A stretch of DNA of 64,000 nt, from positions 18,547 to 82,546 of the forward strand of contig CAYTBC010000001.1 in NCBI GenBank assembly GCA_964435765.1, written 5' to 3'. The notes below the pieces were generated by a model. That model was not told where the DNA came from, made no database searches, and saw nothing but the letters and a program-made list of their open reading frames with translations. A program made the translations under genes and the position numbers. Positions 51,300 through 60,244 of this stretch are shown here, one piece after another. Every line of letters begins with the position of its first letter. Position 1 is the first letter of the stretch. The stretch comes from an uncultured Desulfosarcina sp. GTDB lineage: Bacteria > Desulfobacterota > Desulfobacteria > Desulfobacterales > JAFDCJ01.

Positions 51300-51359
51300 T
51301 TAATAAATTTGACTCCTTTGCATTGCCGCCCACGCTTCCTAAACGATAACCATAAATGG

Positions 51360-51860
51360 CTATATTTTGCTGCGCACACATTTTCCGGCAGCCTTCACGC
51401 TTTGAATGTTTCCGGTGCGGTAATACACCGGCTCAGACGCCGTCAGCTCGCTGAGCAGGTTAAAAGAACCCCGCAGCAGCGCCAGAGAATGATCGATTAA
51501 CTTCCGGTTGCGCTGGTTGGCTACCTGCAATTGTGAAAGCACGGCTAAAAAATCGCGGCCGGCCTGCCGCAGCCGGCCGGCAAAAGGTTCTTCCACCCGG
51601 CCGGCAATTTCTTTGAGTGTCATATCCTGAGCGGCGTATCCCAATTTGTCCGCCAGATGCGCCACCAAGGATTGCCTTCGCCGATCCGATTTATGAAGCT
51701 TGGCGAGAATTTTTTCCTTCTCAAACCGCGCCGCATTCAGGGCCTCCAATTCGGACCGGATCGCGGCCTCCTTTTCCGTATCGATGACGGTCAGCAGCGA
51801 GCGGTATAACCCGGTTTCCTGTCTGAGAAGGTCTAATAACTGTTCCAGCATCGGTTTCAT
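51360..51860 (-). CDS. flgN: Flagellar export chaperone FlgN
   Basis: Helical 166 aa, N.RN..LI..SL, Y..G; typical position. Confidence 0.85.
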   Translation of the reverse strand: MKPMLEQLLDLLRQETGLYRSLLTVIDTEKEAAIRSELEALNAARFEKEKILAKLHKSDRRRQSLVAHLADKLGYAAQDMTLKEIAGRVEEPFAGRLRQAGRDFLAVLSQLQVANQRNRKLIDHSLALLRGSFNLLSELTASEPVYYRTGNIQSVKAAGKCVRSKI

Positions 51861-51905
51861 TTACATTCCTGATTTTTCCGGTCTAAGCGCTATTTCACAT
51901 GTTTG

Positions 51906-51933
51906 TTATCGGCCAAAGCATCTGATAACTTGA
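51906..51933 (-). promoter_or_regulatory. Putative sigma28 promoter of flgN-che-flgKL
   Basis: TCAAG-N15-GCCGATAA. Confidence 0.75.
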
Positions 51934-51961
51934 GGAGCTTATGACCCTGGCCGTCGGCCAT

Positions 51962-52330
51962 TTATTCTGACTCCGGACCCTCTTGCGGGGCCGCCCGATC
52001 CCCCAGTTGTTTCAGCAAAATGGACGACAGCCCGATGCCGCCGGCAGTGGAAATATTGCGGGACAGCTCCACATCCAGCATCGAAGCAAATATCTCTTCC
52101 GCCCGGCCACCACTGATAAAACCGGAGCGATCGACGGTGGCGCGCATTTCTTTGAGCAGGTAATTGATAAAAAGCGATTCCATTTCGTTGCAGGCGGCCT
52201 TTAAGTTGGAGTCGGCTTTATCTCCCGCGTGCTTTTTGGCGGATTTAAGGGCACTGCCTAATTTTTCATTTTGGGTTTGCTCATTAAAAAGAGCCGTGGC
52301 CTGAACAAAGAACGAATTTTCAGCATCCAT
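51962..52330 (-). CDS. flgJ: Short rod-binding FlgJ (no muramidase domain)
   Basis: LKAAC.EMESLFI..LLKEMR..F.SMLD...GIGL. Confidence 0.88.
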   Translation of the reverse strand: MDAENSFFVQATALFNEQTQNEKLGSALKSAKKHAGDKADSNLKAACNEMESLFINYLLKEMRATVDRSGFISGGRAEEIFASMLDVELSRNISTAGGIGLSSILLKQLGDRAAPQEGPESE

Positions 52331-53475
52331 CAGATGATCTCCAGTTCAGCTTGCAGCGCGCCGGCTGCCTTCAGCGCCTGAAAAATGGCGATTAAATCTC
52401 TAGGGGAGACACCCAGTGCGTTCAAAGCTTTGATCACTTGGCCGATACTCACACCGGATTCCACCAGAAATAACGGTTTGTTACCCTCTTGGACCTGCAC
52501 CTCAGATTCCGGTGTCACCACGGTCCGGCCGGTTCTTGAAAACGGCAATGGCTGCGAAACCTGGGTGTCTTCCTTGATTTCGATGCTCAAATTACCGTGG
52601 GCGATGGCAATGGTGGAAATTCTGACATTTTCGCCCATGATCACGGTTCCGGTGCGCTCATTGATGACCACCTTCGAAACCGTGTCGGGGGTGACGCCCA
52701 ACCGTTCAATCATGGTTACCAGGGCCACCGTGTTGCCCTGGAACTTCTCAGGAACCGTGACTTCGATAGTGCCGGCATCCTGGGTGCGGGCAATCTGATC
52801 ATAAAAGGCGATGTTGATGGCCTGCGCCACCCTGGCGGCCGTGGTGAAATCAGGCGTCTGCAAGGTTAACGTCAGGGATTTTTTCTGATTGAAATCGGTA
52901 TGGATCTCTTTTTCAATCAAGGCGCCGTTGACGACCCGCCCCACCGTGGGAAAGTTTTTTTGAACGCCCGTGCCGGATGCGCTGCTGACGACAAAACCGC
53001 CGGTGCTGATCGGTCCCTGGGCAATGGCATAAACCTGTCCGTTGGCCGCTTTCAGGGGGGTGAAAAGCAAGGTGCCCCCCTCCAAGTTAGCAGCATCCCC
53101 AATGGAGCTGACGAGCACATCAATTCTGTTGCCGCTGCGCGCAAAAGCCGGTAAATCAGCCGTTACCATGACGGCTGCCACATTATCCACTTTGATGTCC
53201 TGGGCTTTTACCGTGACCCCCATTTTTTCCAGCATGCTGGCCATGGACTGGATCGTAAAGATCGCATTCTTGCTGTCGCCGGTGCCGTTTAAGCCGACCA
53301 CCAGGCCGTAGCCGACCAGCTGATTCTGGCGCACACCCTTGATATCGGCAATGTCTTTGATGCGCACGCCCTGGGCCTGCCCGCTCAAAACCAGCACGCC
53401 CGCCAGAGTGATTGCAATGGTTAAAATGAATGTTTTAACAAGCTTTAATAAATTCCATTCAAGCATAAATTCCAT
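52330..53475 (-). CDS. flgI: Flagellar P-ring protein
   Basis: RIKDIA..GVRQNQLVGYGLVVGLNGTGD, GALQAELEII. Confidence 0.97.
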   Translation of the reverse strand: MEFMLEWNLLKLVKTFILTIAITLAGVLVLSGQAQGVRIKDIADIKGVRQNQLVGYGLVVGLNGTGDSKNAIFTIQSMASMLEKMGVTVKAQDIKVDNVAAVMVTADLPAFARSGNRIDVLVSSIGDAANLEGGTLLFTPLKAANGQVYAIAQGPISTGGFVVSSASGTGVQKNFPTVGRVVNGALIEKEIHTDFNQKKSLTLTLQTPDFTTAARVAQAINIAFYDQIARTQDAGTIEVTVPEKFQGNTVALVTMIERLGVTPDTVSKVVINERTGTVIMGENVRISTIAIAHGNLSIEIKEDTQVSQPLPFSRTGRTVVTPESEVQVQEGNKPLFLVESGVSIGQVIKALNALGVSPRDLIAIFQALKAAGALQAELEII

Positions 53476-53553
53476 TCCGATCTTCCAATTTATTGATCGC
53501 CATATATTTTATTCTATTTTTTAATCGTTGAATTTTGGTACAAAATTCAGCGA

Positions 53554-54330
53554 TTAAAAAGGCCAGACCGTGTTCAACAAATTGGCGAGCCAGCCGGGGC
53601 GTTGACGCTCATCCACGACGCCGGAGCCGCTGTAAGCGATTTTGGCATCCGAGATAAAGGTCGACAAGATGACATTGTTATCGGAAATATCCCGCGGGCG
53701 GATAACCCCGGATAAAATGATCATCTGGTTTTCATAGTTCACCATCAATTCGCGGGTGCCGACGATCTTCAAATTGCCGTTGGGCATCACCGCCACTACC
53801 CGGCAGGTGATAAAGGCATCCAGGCTGCCGCTGCGTGAGGTTTCACCGTCGCCCTTAAAAGAGCTTTTCATATTGCCTTTGACCGCAGGATCCCCAAACG
53901 GCGTAAGTTTGGGCAAACTACTGGAAACATCGGGCAAAACTTCGTTCTGCCACCAGTCCTCCAGCCCGAACAATTTCTGAATCCCGGCCTCCAGTTCGGA
54001 AGTGCGCTCGGTATCGGTCTTGGCCTTGTTGGTCGCTTTGGCGGACTCATCGATTTTAACCGTCACGATATCGCCGATATTGCGGGCCTTGGTATCAATG
54101 AACATGCCGTTTAGCGAACTGCTCGCCTGCCACAGAGATCCGTCAGACTCATCGAATGGTCGGCTAACGGGCGCTGGGACCGCCGCTTCATCAGCCGCCA
54201 TTTTTTCCATGGCAGCTTGAATGTTGGTTCGATTTCCGGCGCACCCGCTTATGCCGGCCAGCATGACGAAAGCCCAAATAGAGGCTGCAAAAAGATCTGT
54301 TTTAATCTGCATATTAGCCTGCCTGCGCAA
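53554..54330 (-). CDS. flgH: Flagellar L-ring lipoprotein
   Basis: Lipobox ISGC, KAR.IGDIVTV, PNGNL, GVIRP.DI, WPF end. Confidence 0.95.
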   Translation of the reverse strand: MRRQANMQIKTDLFAASIWAFVMLAGISGCAGNRTNIQAAMEKMAADEAAVPAPVSRPFDESDGSLWQASSSLNGMFIDTKARNIGDIVTVKIDESAKATNKAKTDTERTSELEAGIQKLFGLEDWWQNEVLPDVSSSLPKLTPFGDPAVKGNMKSSFKGDGETSRSGSLDAFITCRVVAVMPNGNLKIVGTRELMVNYENQMIILSGVIRPRDISDNNVILSTFISDAKIAYSGSGVVDERQRPGWLANLLNTVWPF

Positions 54331-54345
54331 CTTAAAGTGGGATTT

Positions 54346-55341
54346 TCAAAACTCAACCTTGACCGTGTTCGCATCCAGCACCCGGCCATAAAGAAGTTTG
54401 TTGGAGTCAAAATTGATCACCGGAATGCGCTCGCCGAGCCTGCCTTTCTTTTTGACCTGTCCGAGAGCTGTAATTTTAAAACCGGCAGTTTCGGCAAGAA
54501 TGACCACCACATCGCCGCGTTTCACCAGGGGTGGAAATTCAATTAGATTGGCGCGCAGGACGGTTTGAGAACCGATGACTCTGCGGGTGCGTTTACCGAG
54601 TACTTCGTCGGGATCGGTGATCACGTCGGACGGCAAATCAGCCAGATTCAAGCGTTGCAGCTCGATGTCATCTTCGGTAATCGGCTGGTATCGCCCCAGG
54701 GGTTTTTGGGTGACCACGACATCGGTAAAAACGTCGATCTCAGCGGTGGCCCGGATTGTTTTGTGGAATTCACCGTCGACATCAAAATCAATCGTAAACG
54801 GAATTTTCCCCATTATTTCACGGCTGCTCGGGGGATTTACGGTGAAGGTTATGCGACCGCCGGGCAAATTTAGGTCTTCGGCAACGTAGATATCTTTGAT
54901 ACTGGCGTCCCGGAAATCCCTGAGTAAATTTTCAGCAATATAATTGGAAACCAGCTTTTTAATTTCTTCCTGAGTGATGACGATTAAACTGCGTTTGACA
55001 ATCACCTTGGAGGGGATTTCCAGCACCAGTTCGTCCGGGTCAAAACCGTTTTGCCTCAAATAGCGCATGAATATGTATTCTTCAAACTCACGGGTTCTGC
55101 CCGGCAGGGGTGCCCGCCCCAGATCGAGGCTGGCAAGCTTATCGATCATCCCCGGATCATCACCTTCGATTTTTGCGATTTTACCCAGGTAGAGACGTTC
55201 GCCATCCACCATGGAATTGGCTGCAACCCGCACTATTGTTGGCGCTGCCCCCCAAAGCTCGCCGACGGACGCCAGCAGCAGAGCCCCGGTCACCCAAGCA
55301 ATGACGGTGAGACGAACAAGATTATGGCAATCAGATTTCAA
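54346..55341 (-). CDS. flgA: P-ring assembly chaperone FlgA
   Basis: LG.APLPG, SAF domain, LVKRGDVV, G..GE.I.V.N..S.K. Confidence 0.9.
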   Translation of the reverse strand: MKSDCHNLVRLTVIAWVTGALLLASVGELWGAAPTIVRVAANSMVDGERLYLGKIAKIEGDDPGMIDKLASLDLGRAPLPGRTREFEEYIFMRYLRQNGFDPDELVLEIPSKVIVKRSLIVITQEEIKKLVSNYIAENLLRDFRDASIKDIYVAEDLNLPGGRITFTVNPPSSREIMGKIPFTIDFDVDGEFHKTIRATAEIDVFTDVVVTQKPLGRYQPITEDDIELQRLNLADLPSDVITDPDEVLGKRTRRVIGSQTVLRANLIEFPPLVKRGDVVVILAETAGFKITALGQVKKKGRLGERIPVINFDSNKLLYGRVLDANTVKVEF

Positions 55342-55364
55342 AGCGGGCTCCCCTCTTTCCTGGA

Positions 55365-56153
55365 CTAGCGCTTGACATTATTGGCGATCCCCAGCATTTC
55401 ATCGGCGGTTTGAATTGATTTGCTGTTGGCCTCATAGGCCCGCTGGGCCGTGATCATGCTGACCATCTCGTCCACCACGCTGACATTGGACCTCTCGATG
55501 AATCCCTGAGCAATGGTGCCCAACCCGTCTTCGCCGGCCGTACCGGTCATTGCATCTCCGGATGCTTCGGAGATCATCAACAGGTTTTTACCCATGCTGA
55601 TCAGCCCGGACGGGTTGACAAAGCGGGCCAGCTCAATGGTGCCGACCTCGGAAGGGACGGTTTCCCCGGCCTGAAGCACTGAAACCGTGCCGTCCATTCC
55701 CACGGCAACAGACAGAGCATCCGTCGGGATCGTGATCTCCGGTTGCAGGGCAAAACCATCGGCGTTTACAACGCGCCCTTCACTGTCAAGTTTGAAGGCT
55801 CCGTCCCGGCTGTAAGCGGTGCTCCCATTGGGCAGCAAGATTTGAAAAAATCCATCCCCTTCAATTGCCAAATCAAGTTCATTTTTTGTATTTTCAAGGT
55901 CTCCCTGGGTAAATATCTTCAACACGGTGGACGGCCGGGTACCGTGCCCCAGTTGAATACCGGTGGGAACTTGGGTGTCCTGGCTGGAGGGCGTTCCCGC
56001 CGGCCGCAGAGTTTCGTATAGTAGATCTTGAAATTCTGCCCGGCTTTTTTTAAATCCCGCGGTGCTCACATTTGCCAGATTGTTGGAGATGACATCGAGG
56101 TTCAACGCTTGCGCCTGCATCCCGGTTGCTGAAGTCCATAAACTGCGTATCAT
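55365..56153 (-). CDS. flgG: Distal rod protein FlgG
   Basis: [39 protein letters not shown]. Confidence 0.97.
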   Translation of the reverse strand: MIRSLWTSATGMQAQALNLDVISNNLANVSTAGFKKSRAEFQDLLYETLRPAGTPSSQDTQVPTGIQLGHGTRPSTVLKIFTQGDLENTKNELDLAIEGDGFFQILLPNGSTAYSRDGAFKLDSEGRVVNADGFALQPEITIPTDALSVAVGMDGTVSVLQAGETVPSEVGTIELARFVNPSGLISMGKNLLMISEASGDAMTGTAGEDGLGTIAQGFIERSNVSVVDEMVSMITAQRAYEANSKSIQTADEMLGIANNVKR

Positions 56154-56260
56154 CTATCCTCCCGCTGACTGTAAGTTTTTTGTTATATGTTGTTTGTTAT
56201 TGGCAAGCAGATATCGGCAATGATTTTCGAACACCTGATAACGATTAGCCAATAACCTTC

Positions 56261-57034
56261 TTAAATTCGGCCAACCTCATTGATGGCCTTGGAATTTGCA
56301 TCATCCGCTGTTCGAATAACTTTTTGGTAGGATTCATAGCCCCTCAAAACTTCAATCATTTCCGTCAGCATTTTGACGGAATCAACGTTGGACTGTTCGA
56401 CAAACCCCTGACTGACGCTGAAGTCCTCAGCCTGGATTTCGGGGGTTCCGTCAGCCGGCGGTTTAAACAGGGTATCGCCCGTTTTAGTCAGCCGTTGCGG
56501 CTGCGGGAAATCAACGATGCGAAGGGTGCCCACCTGGTTGCCGTCCACCGAGACGTTGCCCTGCGCGTCGACCGCAAACCTTTCATACTTTTGGGGATTT
56601 TGGCTGGCATCGACGGTGATTGTTCCGCTTTCCCCCAGCACCGGCCAACCATTGCGGGTTACCAGAACCCCCTCTGAATTGAGAGTAAAGTCACCTTTGC
56701 GCGTAAAGCAGACGCCATCGGGCGTCTGGACGCAGAAAAAACCCTTGCCCACCAAGGCCAAGTCAAAATCGTTGCCGGTCGGTTTTAACGGTCCGCCACT
56801 GTAATCGGTGTACATGTTCAACTGCATCCAGAAAAGAGCCGCACGGGATGCGGCCAGGCCGGAATCCGCCGGATTTGTAGGATACGCCGATTCGCTCGGA
56901 TCGTACCCTTTGAACTGCCCGCAATCCATTTTAAAACCGGCGGTATTGGCATTGGCAAGGTTATTGGAAATTATCTGCAGCCGCTTTTCGTAGGCCTGCG
57001 CACCGGACGCGGCCAAATACATATCACCACTCAT
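56261..57034 (-). CDS. flgF: Proximal rod protein FlgF
   Basis: NNLANANTAGFK, TRKGDF, QGFVEQSNV. Confidence 0.93.
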   Translation of the reverse strand: MSGDMYLAASGAQAYEKRLQIISNNLANANTAGFKMDCGQFKGYDPSESAYPTNPADSGLAASRAALFWMQLNMYTDYSGGPLKPTGNDFDLALVGKGFFCVQTPDGVCFTRKGDFTLNSEGVLVTRNGWPVLGESGTITVDASQNPQKYERFAVDAQGNVSVDGNQVGTLRIVDFPQPQRLTKTGDTLFKPPADGTPEIQAEDFSVSQGFVEQSNVDSVKMLTEMIEVLRGYESYQKVIRTADDANSKAINEVGRI

Positions 57035-57122
57035 TTTTTCCTGTATCCTATCGTTAAAAATTTAGGGCTGCCGGTATAATCTGCGGCTTAACCCGGGTGC
57101 TGAATTTTTCGCGATATTAATC

Positions 57123-57138
57123 TGCAAGAGACATACCA
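57123..57138 (-). promoter_or_regulatory. Sigma54 promoter of the flgF operon
   Basis: TGGTATGTCTCTTGCA, with GGCAAA-N-TTGCC-like sites at 57214-57226 and 57244-57260. Confidence 0.75.
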
Positions 57139-57279
57139 ATCCATCCATTTCGCTGAAAGCCCACAGATTATCAAGTTGGAAAGGATCGCGGGCTGAACGG
57201 CAGGCGATTGAACGGTTTTATTTGCCGGGCGGAGACGATGTGACCGGAAATCTTTGCCGGGTTAAATCCAAATGCGAAG

Positions 57280-57816
57280 TTATTTTTGAGTGAACCCTTG
57301 AGTGCCGTCGTTTTCTTTCAGACTTAAAATGAGCTCGACTTCAGCGATGGGAATCTTGAGTTTATCCGAAATTTGCCGGGCACTCAGGCCGTCGCCGGCG
57401 AGTTTCAGCGTTTGTTCATGCGGGTCGTTGCAGCCGGCGTTCTCAGCGGATATCCAGGACATCTCAACGGGTTCGGCCAGGGAGGGCGGATCATAAAAAT
57501 CCGCCGCGGTGGGGGTGATCCGGTGCGGCCGGTTGGCCGACAGCACCCGGCCCAAGTTGACTTGCTCGACGGTTATCGTTTGCGTAATGTTCGCAAAGGC
57601 CTGATCAATTTGCTGCTTAATCGTTTGGGAAAATACCTGCACATTGAAATTTTGGCGGGATTCCCGAGGGGCTTTTTCCAGCAAGGATTGTTTTAATTTC
57701 CTGCGGTTTCGGATTAACACTATCAGAATTAAAAGACCCAAAATGATCTGGATGCCGTCGCTAACGGCGCCCCAGTACGGCGGCACTTGGAATACCATAT
57801 CAACTCCTTGCTCCAC
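57280..57816 (-). CDS. Membrane-anchored protein with C-terminal HTH (DUF2802/DUF6115-like; FipA/SwrB-type)
   Basis: N-terminal TM; G.S..QIS.KL.IPIAEVELIL; downstream of fliA. Confidence 0.7.
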   Translation of the reverse strand: MEQGVDMVFQVPPYWGAVSDGIQIILGLLILIVLIRNRRKLKQSLLEKAPRESRQNFNVQVFSQTIKQQIDQAFANITQTITVEQVNLGRVLSANRPHRITPTAADFYDPPSLAEPVEMSWISAENAGCNDPHEQTLKLAGDGLSARQISDKLKIPIAEVELILSLKENDGTQGFTQK

Positions 57817-57832
57817 GTTCTCCCAACTTCAA

Positions 57833-58120
57833 CTAGACCCGAATATCAATGATTCGCTTCGGCGGCGCATCATTTTTTTTTCTTTTTATCCGATCGCTAC
57901 GGCTGCTGGTTCCGTCGCGTTTTTTGGCGCCCGTTTCGAGATCATGGTCGGAAGCTGCCCCAGGATCAGGCTCCTGCGGATCCTTTTTTTTCTGTTTCTT
58001 CTTGGAGGCATCTTTAAACGGCGTCTGCTGATTGTGACGGCCCCGGCGGTCCAGCCGCTTGATTTCGGAAGCGGACGACAGGGGCGGTAAAATTTTGTTT
58101 GCCTGAATATTGTCCACCAT
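57833..58120 (-). CDS. Lys/Arg-rich disordered small protein ending in IIDIRV
   Basis: ORF in operon orientation with RBS; xIDxxV C-terminal motif. Confidence 0.65.
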   Translation of the reverse strand: MVDNIQANKILPPLSSASEIKRLDRRGRHNQQTPFKDASKKKQKKKDPQEPDPGAASDHDLETGAKKRDGTSSRSDRIKRKKNDAPPKRIIDIRV

Positions 58121-58139
58121 TGCGCTATCCCCGGGCTTA

Positions 58140-58295
58140 GGGCTCACTCAAAAATAACTTCCCATTTTATACGCCGATGCATCCCGCCTGGCTACGTTGC
58201 GAAAGCTCGGAATATCCAGATATTCCTGCGTTTTCGCGCCTTGCCCGGCGGGCGCCTCAACGCCTAAATTTGTGATCTTATTTTTTCGTGAACCC
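58140..58295. mobile_element. 156-bp MITE with 18-bp terminal inverted repeats and TTA target duplication
   Basis: TTA|GGGCTCACTCAAAAATAA ... TTATTTTTTCGTGAACCC|TTA (15/18 match). Confidence 0.75.
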
Positions 58296-58344
58296 TTATT
58301 GGACCGGGCAGGTTGCCGGCGGCTACTCGGAGTCCATAGGCCTG

Positions 58345-59100
58345 TCAACCGCCTATCAGCTTCTCTTTCCTAAGTTTGGCCCGCAATCGCCGAACTGCCT
58401 GGGAATGAATTTGCGAGACCCTTGACTCCGTGATATTGAGAACCTTGCCCGTTTCTTTCATGGTAAGCTCTTCTAAATAGTAAAGGGAAATAACCAGACG
58501 CTCCTTCTCAGGCAGCTGCTCGATGGCTCTGGCAACTGCTTCTTTAATTTCTTTCAGCCGCGTTAAAGTTAACGCATCTTCATCGCTGTTCACCAGATAA
58601 TTCATCAGTTTTTCTTTTTCATCGCGGGAGGAATATCCCAGTTCCTCAAAACTGATAAATGAAATATTGGAAATCTGTTTGGTGCGAAAGACCTGCTCAA
58701 CGCTGACGCCCAGTTCTTCGGCCACCTCAAAGTCGTCGACTTCCCGGCCGAGCTTCTGCTCCAGCTTGAGAAAAGTGTTTTCCAGATCCCTGATTTTTCG
58801 TCTATTCGATCGGGAGAGATAATCCCGGGACCGAAGCTCGCTGAGCACCGCCCCTTTGATCCGGAATACGGCATAGGTCATAAACTTGTTGTCCCGGTTG
58901 GGATCGTAACGATCGACCGCTTGGATCAACCCGATCACGCCGACATTCATGAGATCATCGATGTCGATGGTGGAAGGCAGATGGACCGCTATGCGATGGA
59001 CAATACGCTTGACGTGGGGTAAATACTCGGTGATCAATTGATCCCTATATGAAGTATCGTTTTTGTCAAAATTTTTTGCGGGTGTCTGTGCCGGTGCCAT
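58345..59100 (-). CDS. fliA: Flagellar sigma factor sigma28
   Basis: G.IGLI.A..RYDP, YA..RIKGAVL.ELR, YYLEELTM.E.G..L.ITESRVSQIH. Confidence 0.96.
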   Translation of the reverse strand: MAPAQTPAKNFDKNDTSYRDQLITEYLPHVKRIVHRIAVHLPSTIDIDDLMNVGVIGLIQAVDRYDPNRDNKFMTYAVFRIKGAVLSELRSRDYLSRSNRRKIRDLENTFLKLEQKLGREVDDFEVAEELGVSVEQVFRTKQISNISFISFEELGYSSRDEKEKLMNYLVNSDEDALTLTRLKEIKEAVARAIEQLPEKERLVISLYYLEELTMKETGKVLNITESRVSQIHSQAVRRLRAKLRKEKLIGG

Positions 59101-59303
59101 AGTTTTATTTCTCCCCGATATCTGAAAATCCCGGAAACACAAAAGTAAAGATTCCTGTCCCCGCCTCGGGTCCAAAGGTCCTATCGGCCGGCTTCCAGTT
59201 CATAGAGCTGGCAGCTCGGAGAGAGGGGAGGACCAGGTTTTTATTGTTGGAATAAAGTAGCACGTATTTGCCTCGTTTGACTCCGTAGATGCGGTTCGTT
59301 TTG

Positions 59304-60230
59304 CTACACCGCGTTATTTTGCACCAGATGCCGCCAGAACAAATTGCTGCCGTCGGTCGGGGGATTCAGCGGCGGCGTCGCCGCAATTTTGCGCGCCAAA
59401 TCCCGAAAACACTTGCTGGCCGGGGCGTCCGGATACAATTCGCTCACAAGCCTTTGACTTTTTACGCCTCTGGTAACTTTCTCATCATTGAAAATACAGC
59501 CCAAATATTCGATGCGGATATCCAAAAATCGGTCGGTGACCAGATGCAATTGCCGGAAGACCTCGCGCCCCTCTTCGGGCCGGGTGGTCATGTTTACCAG
59601 CAATTTGCAGACTTTCTCTGAATATTTAAGCGAAAGCACCTTCATCAAGGCATATGCATCGGTTATGGATGTAGGTTCGGGCGAGACCACGACCACAATC
59701 TCCTGGGCCGTGGCGTTAAAATCCATCACGTTTGAGGAAATTCCGGCCGCCGTATCGATAAATAAAATATCGACCCCGTCAACCAACACGTCCAGCTGGG
59801 TCAAAATCTGGATCTTTTGCTCGCGTGTCAGGTGGGTTAATTCCTGGATGCCCGAGGATGCCGGCAGAATTTTCATTTTACCCGGACCTTCAATCAGTAT
59901 TTCTTCGATGTTCTTTTCTTCCATAATGACATGGGACAAGTTGTATTTGGGTGCCAGTCCCAGTAATACATCCAGATTGCCCAGTCCCAGGTCCGCGTCG
60001 AGAATGAGGACTTTTTTCCCCAACTTGGTAAAGGCATATCCAAGGTTGGCCACGATGCTGGTTTTGCCTACGCCGCCTTTTCCACTGGTAATTGCGATGA
60101 CGCGCGCTCTGCGGCCGCGCTTATTCCTGGTTTTCGGCTCCGACGCACCGTCTCGTTGCTCACGCATGCGGGATAAGTTGATGACCTTATCCGCGGGATC
60201 ATTCACGCTCATTATGGTTCGTCTCCTCAT
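59304..60230 (-). CDS. flhG: MinD-like flagellar number regulator FlhG/FleN
   Basis: SGKGGVGKT, DADLGLGN, DTAAG, PEPTSITDAY. Confidence 0.94.
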   Translation of the reverse strand: MRRRTIMSVNDPADKVINLSRMREQRDGASEPKTRNKRGRRARVIAITSGKGGVGKTSIVANLGYAFTKLGKKVLILDADLGLGNLDVLLGLAPKYNLSHVIMEEKNIEEILIEGPGKMKILPASSGIQELTHLTREQKIQILTQLDVLVDGVDILFIDTAAGISSNVMDFNATAQEIVVVVSPEPTSITDAYALMKVLSLKYSEKVCKLLVNMTTRPEEGREVFRQLHLVTDRFLDIRIEYLGCIFNDEKVTRGVKSQRLVSELYPDAPASKCFRDLARKIAATPPLNPPTDGSNLFWRHLVQNNAV

Positions 60231-60244
60231 GGTTCAAACGATTA

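Noticed and set aside
58148-58348. 66-aa ORF after fliA
   Set aside because: Lies mostly within the MITE; probably spurious.
59181-59208. Sigma28-like -10 GCCGATAG upstream of fliA (also GCCGTAAA near 37570)
   Set aside because: The -35 element is a poor match; too weak to call.
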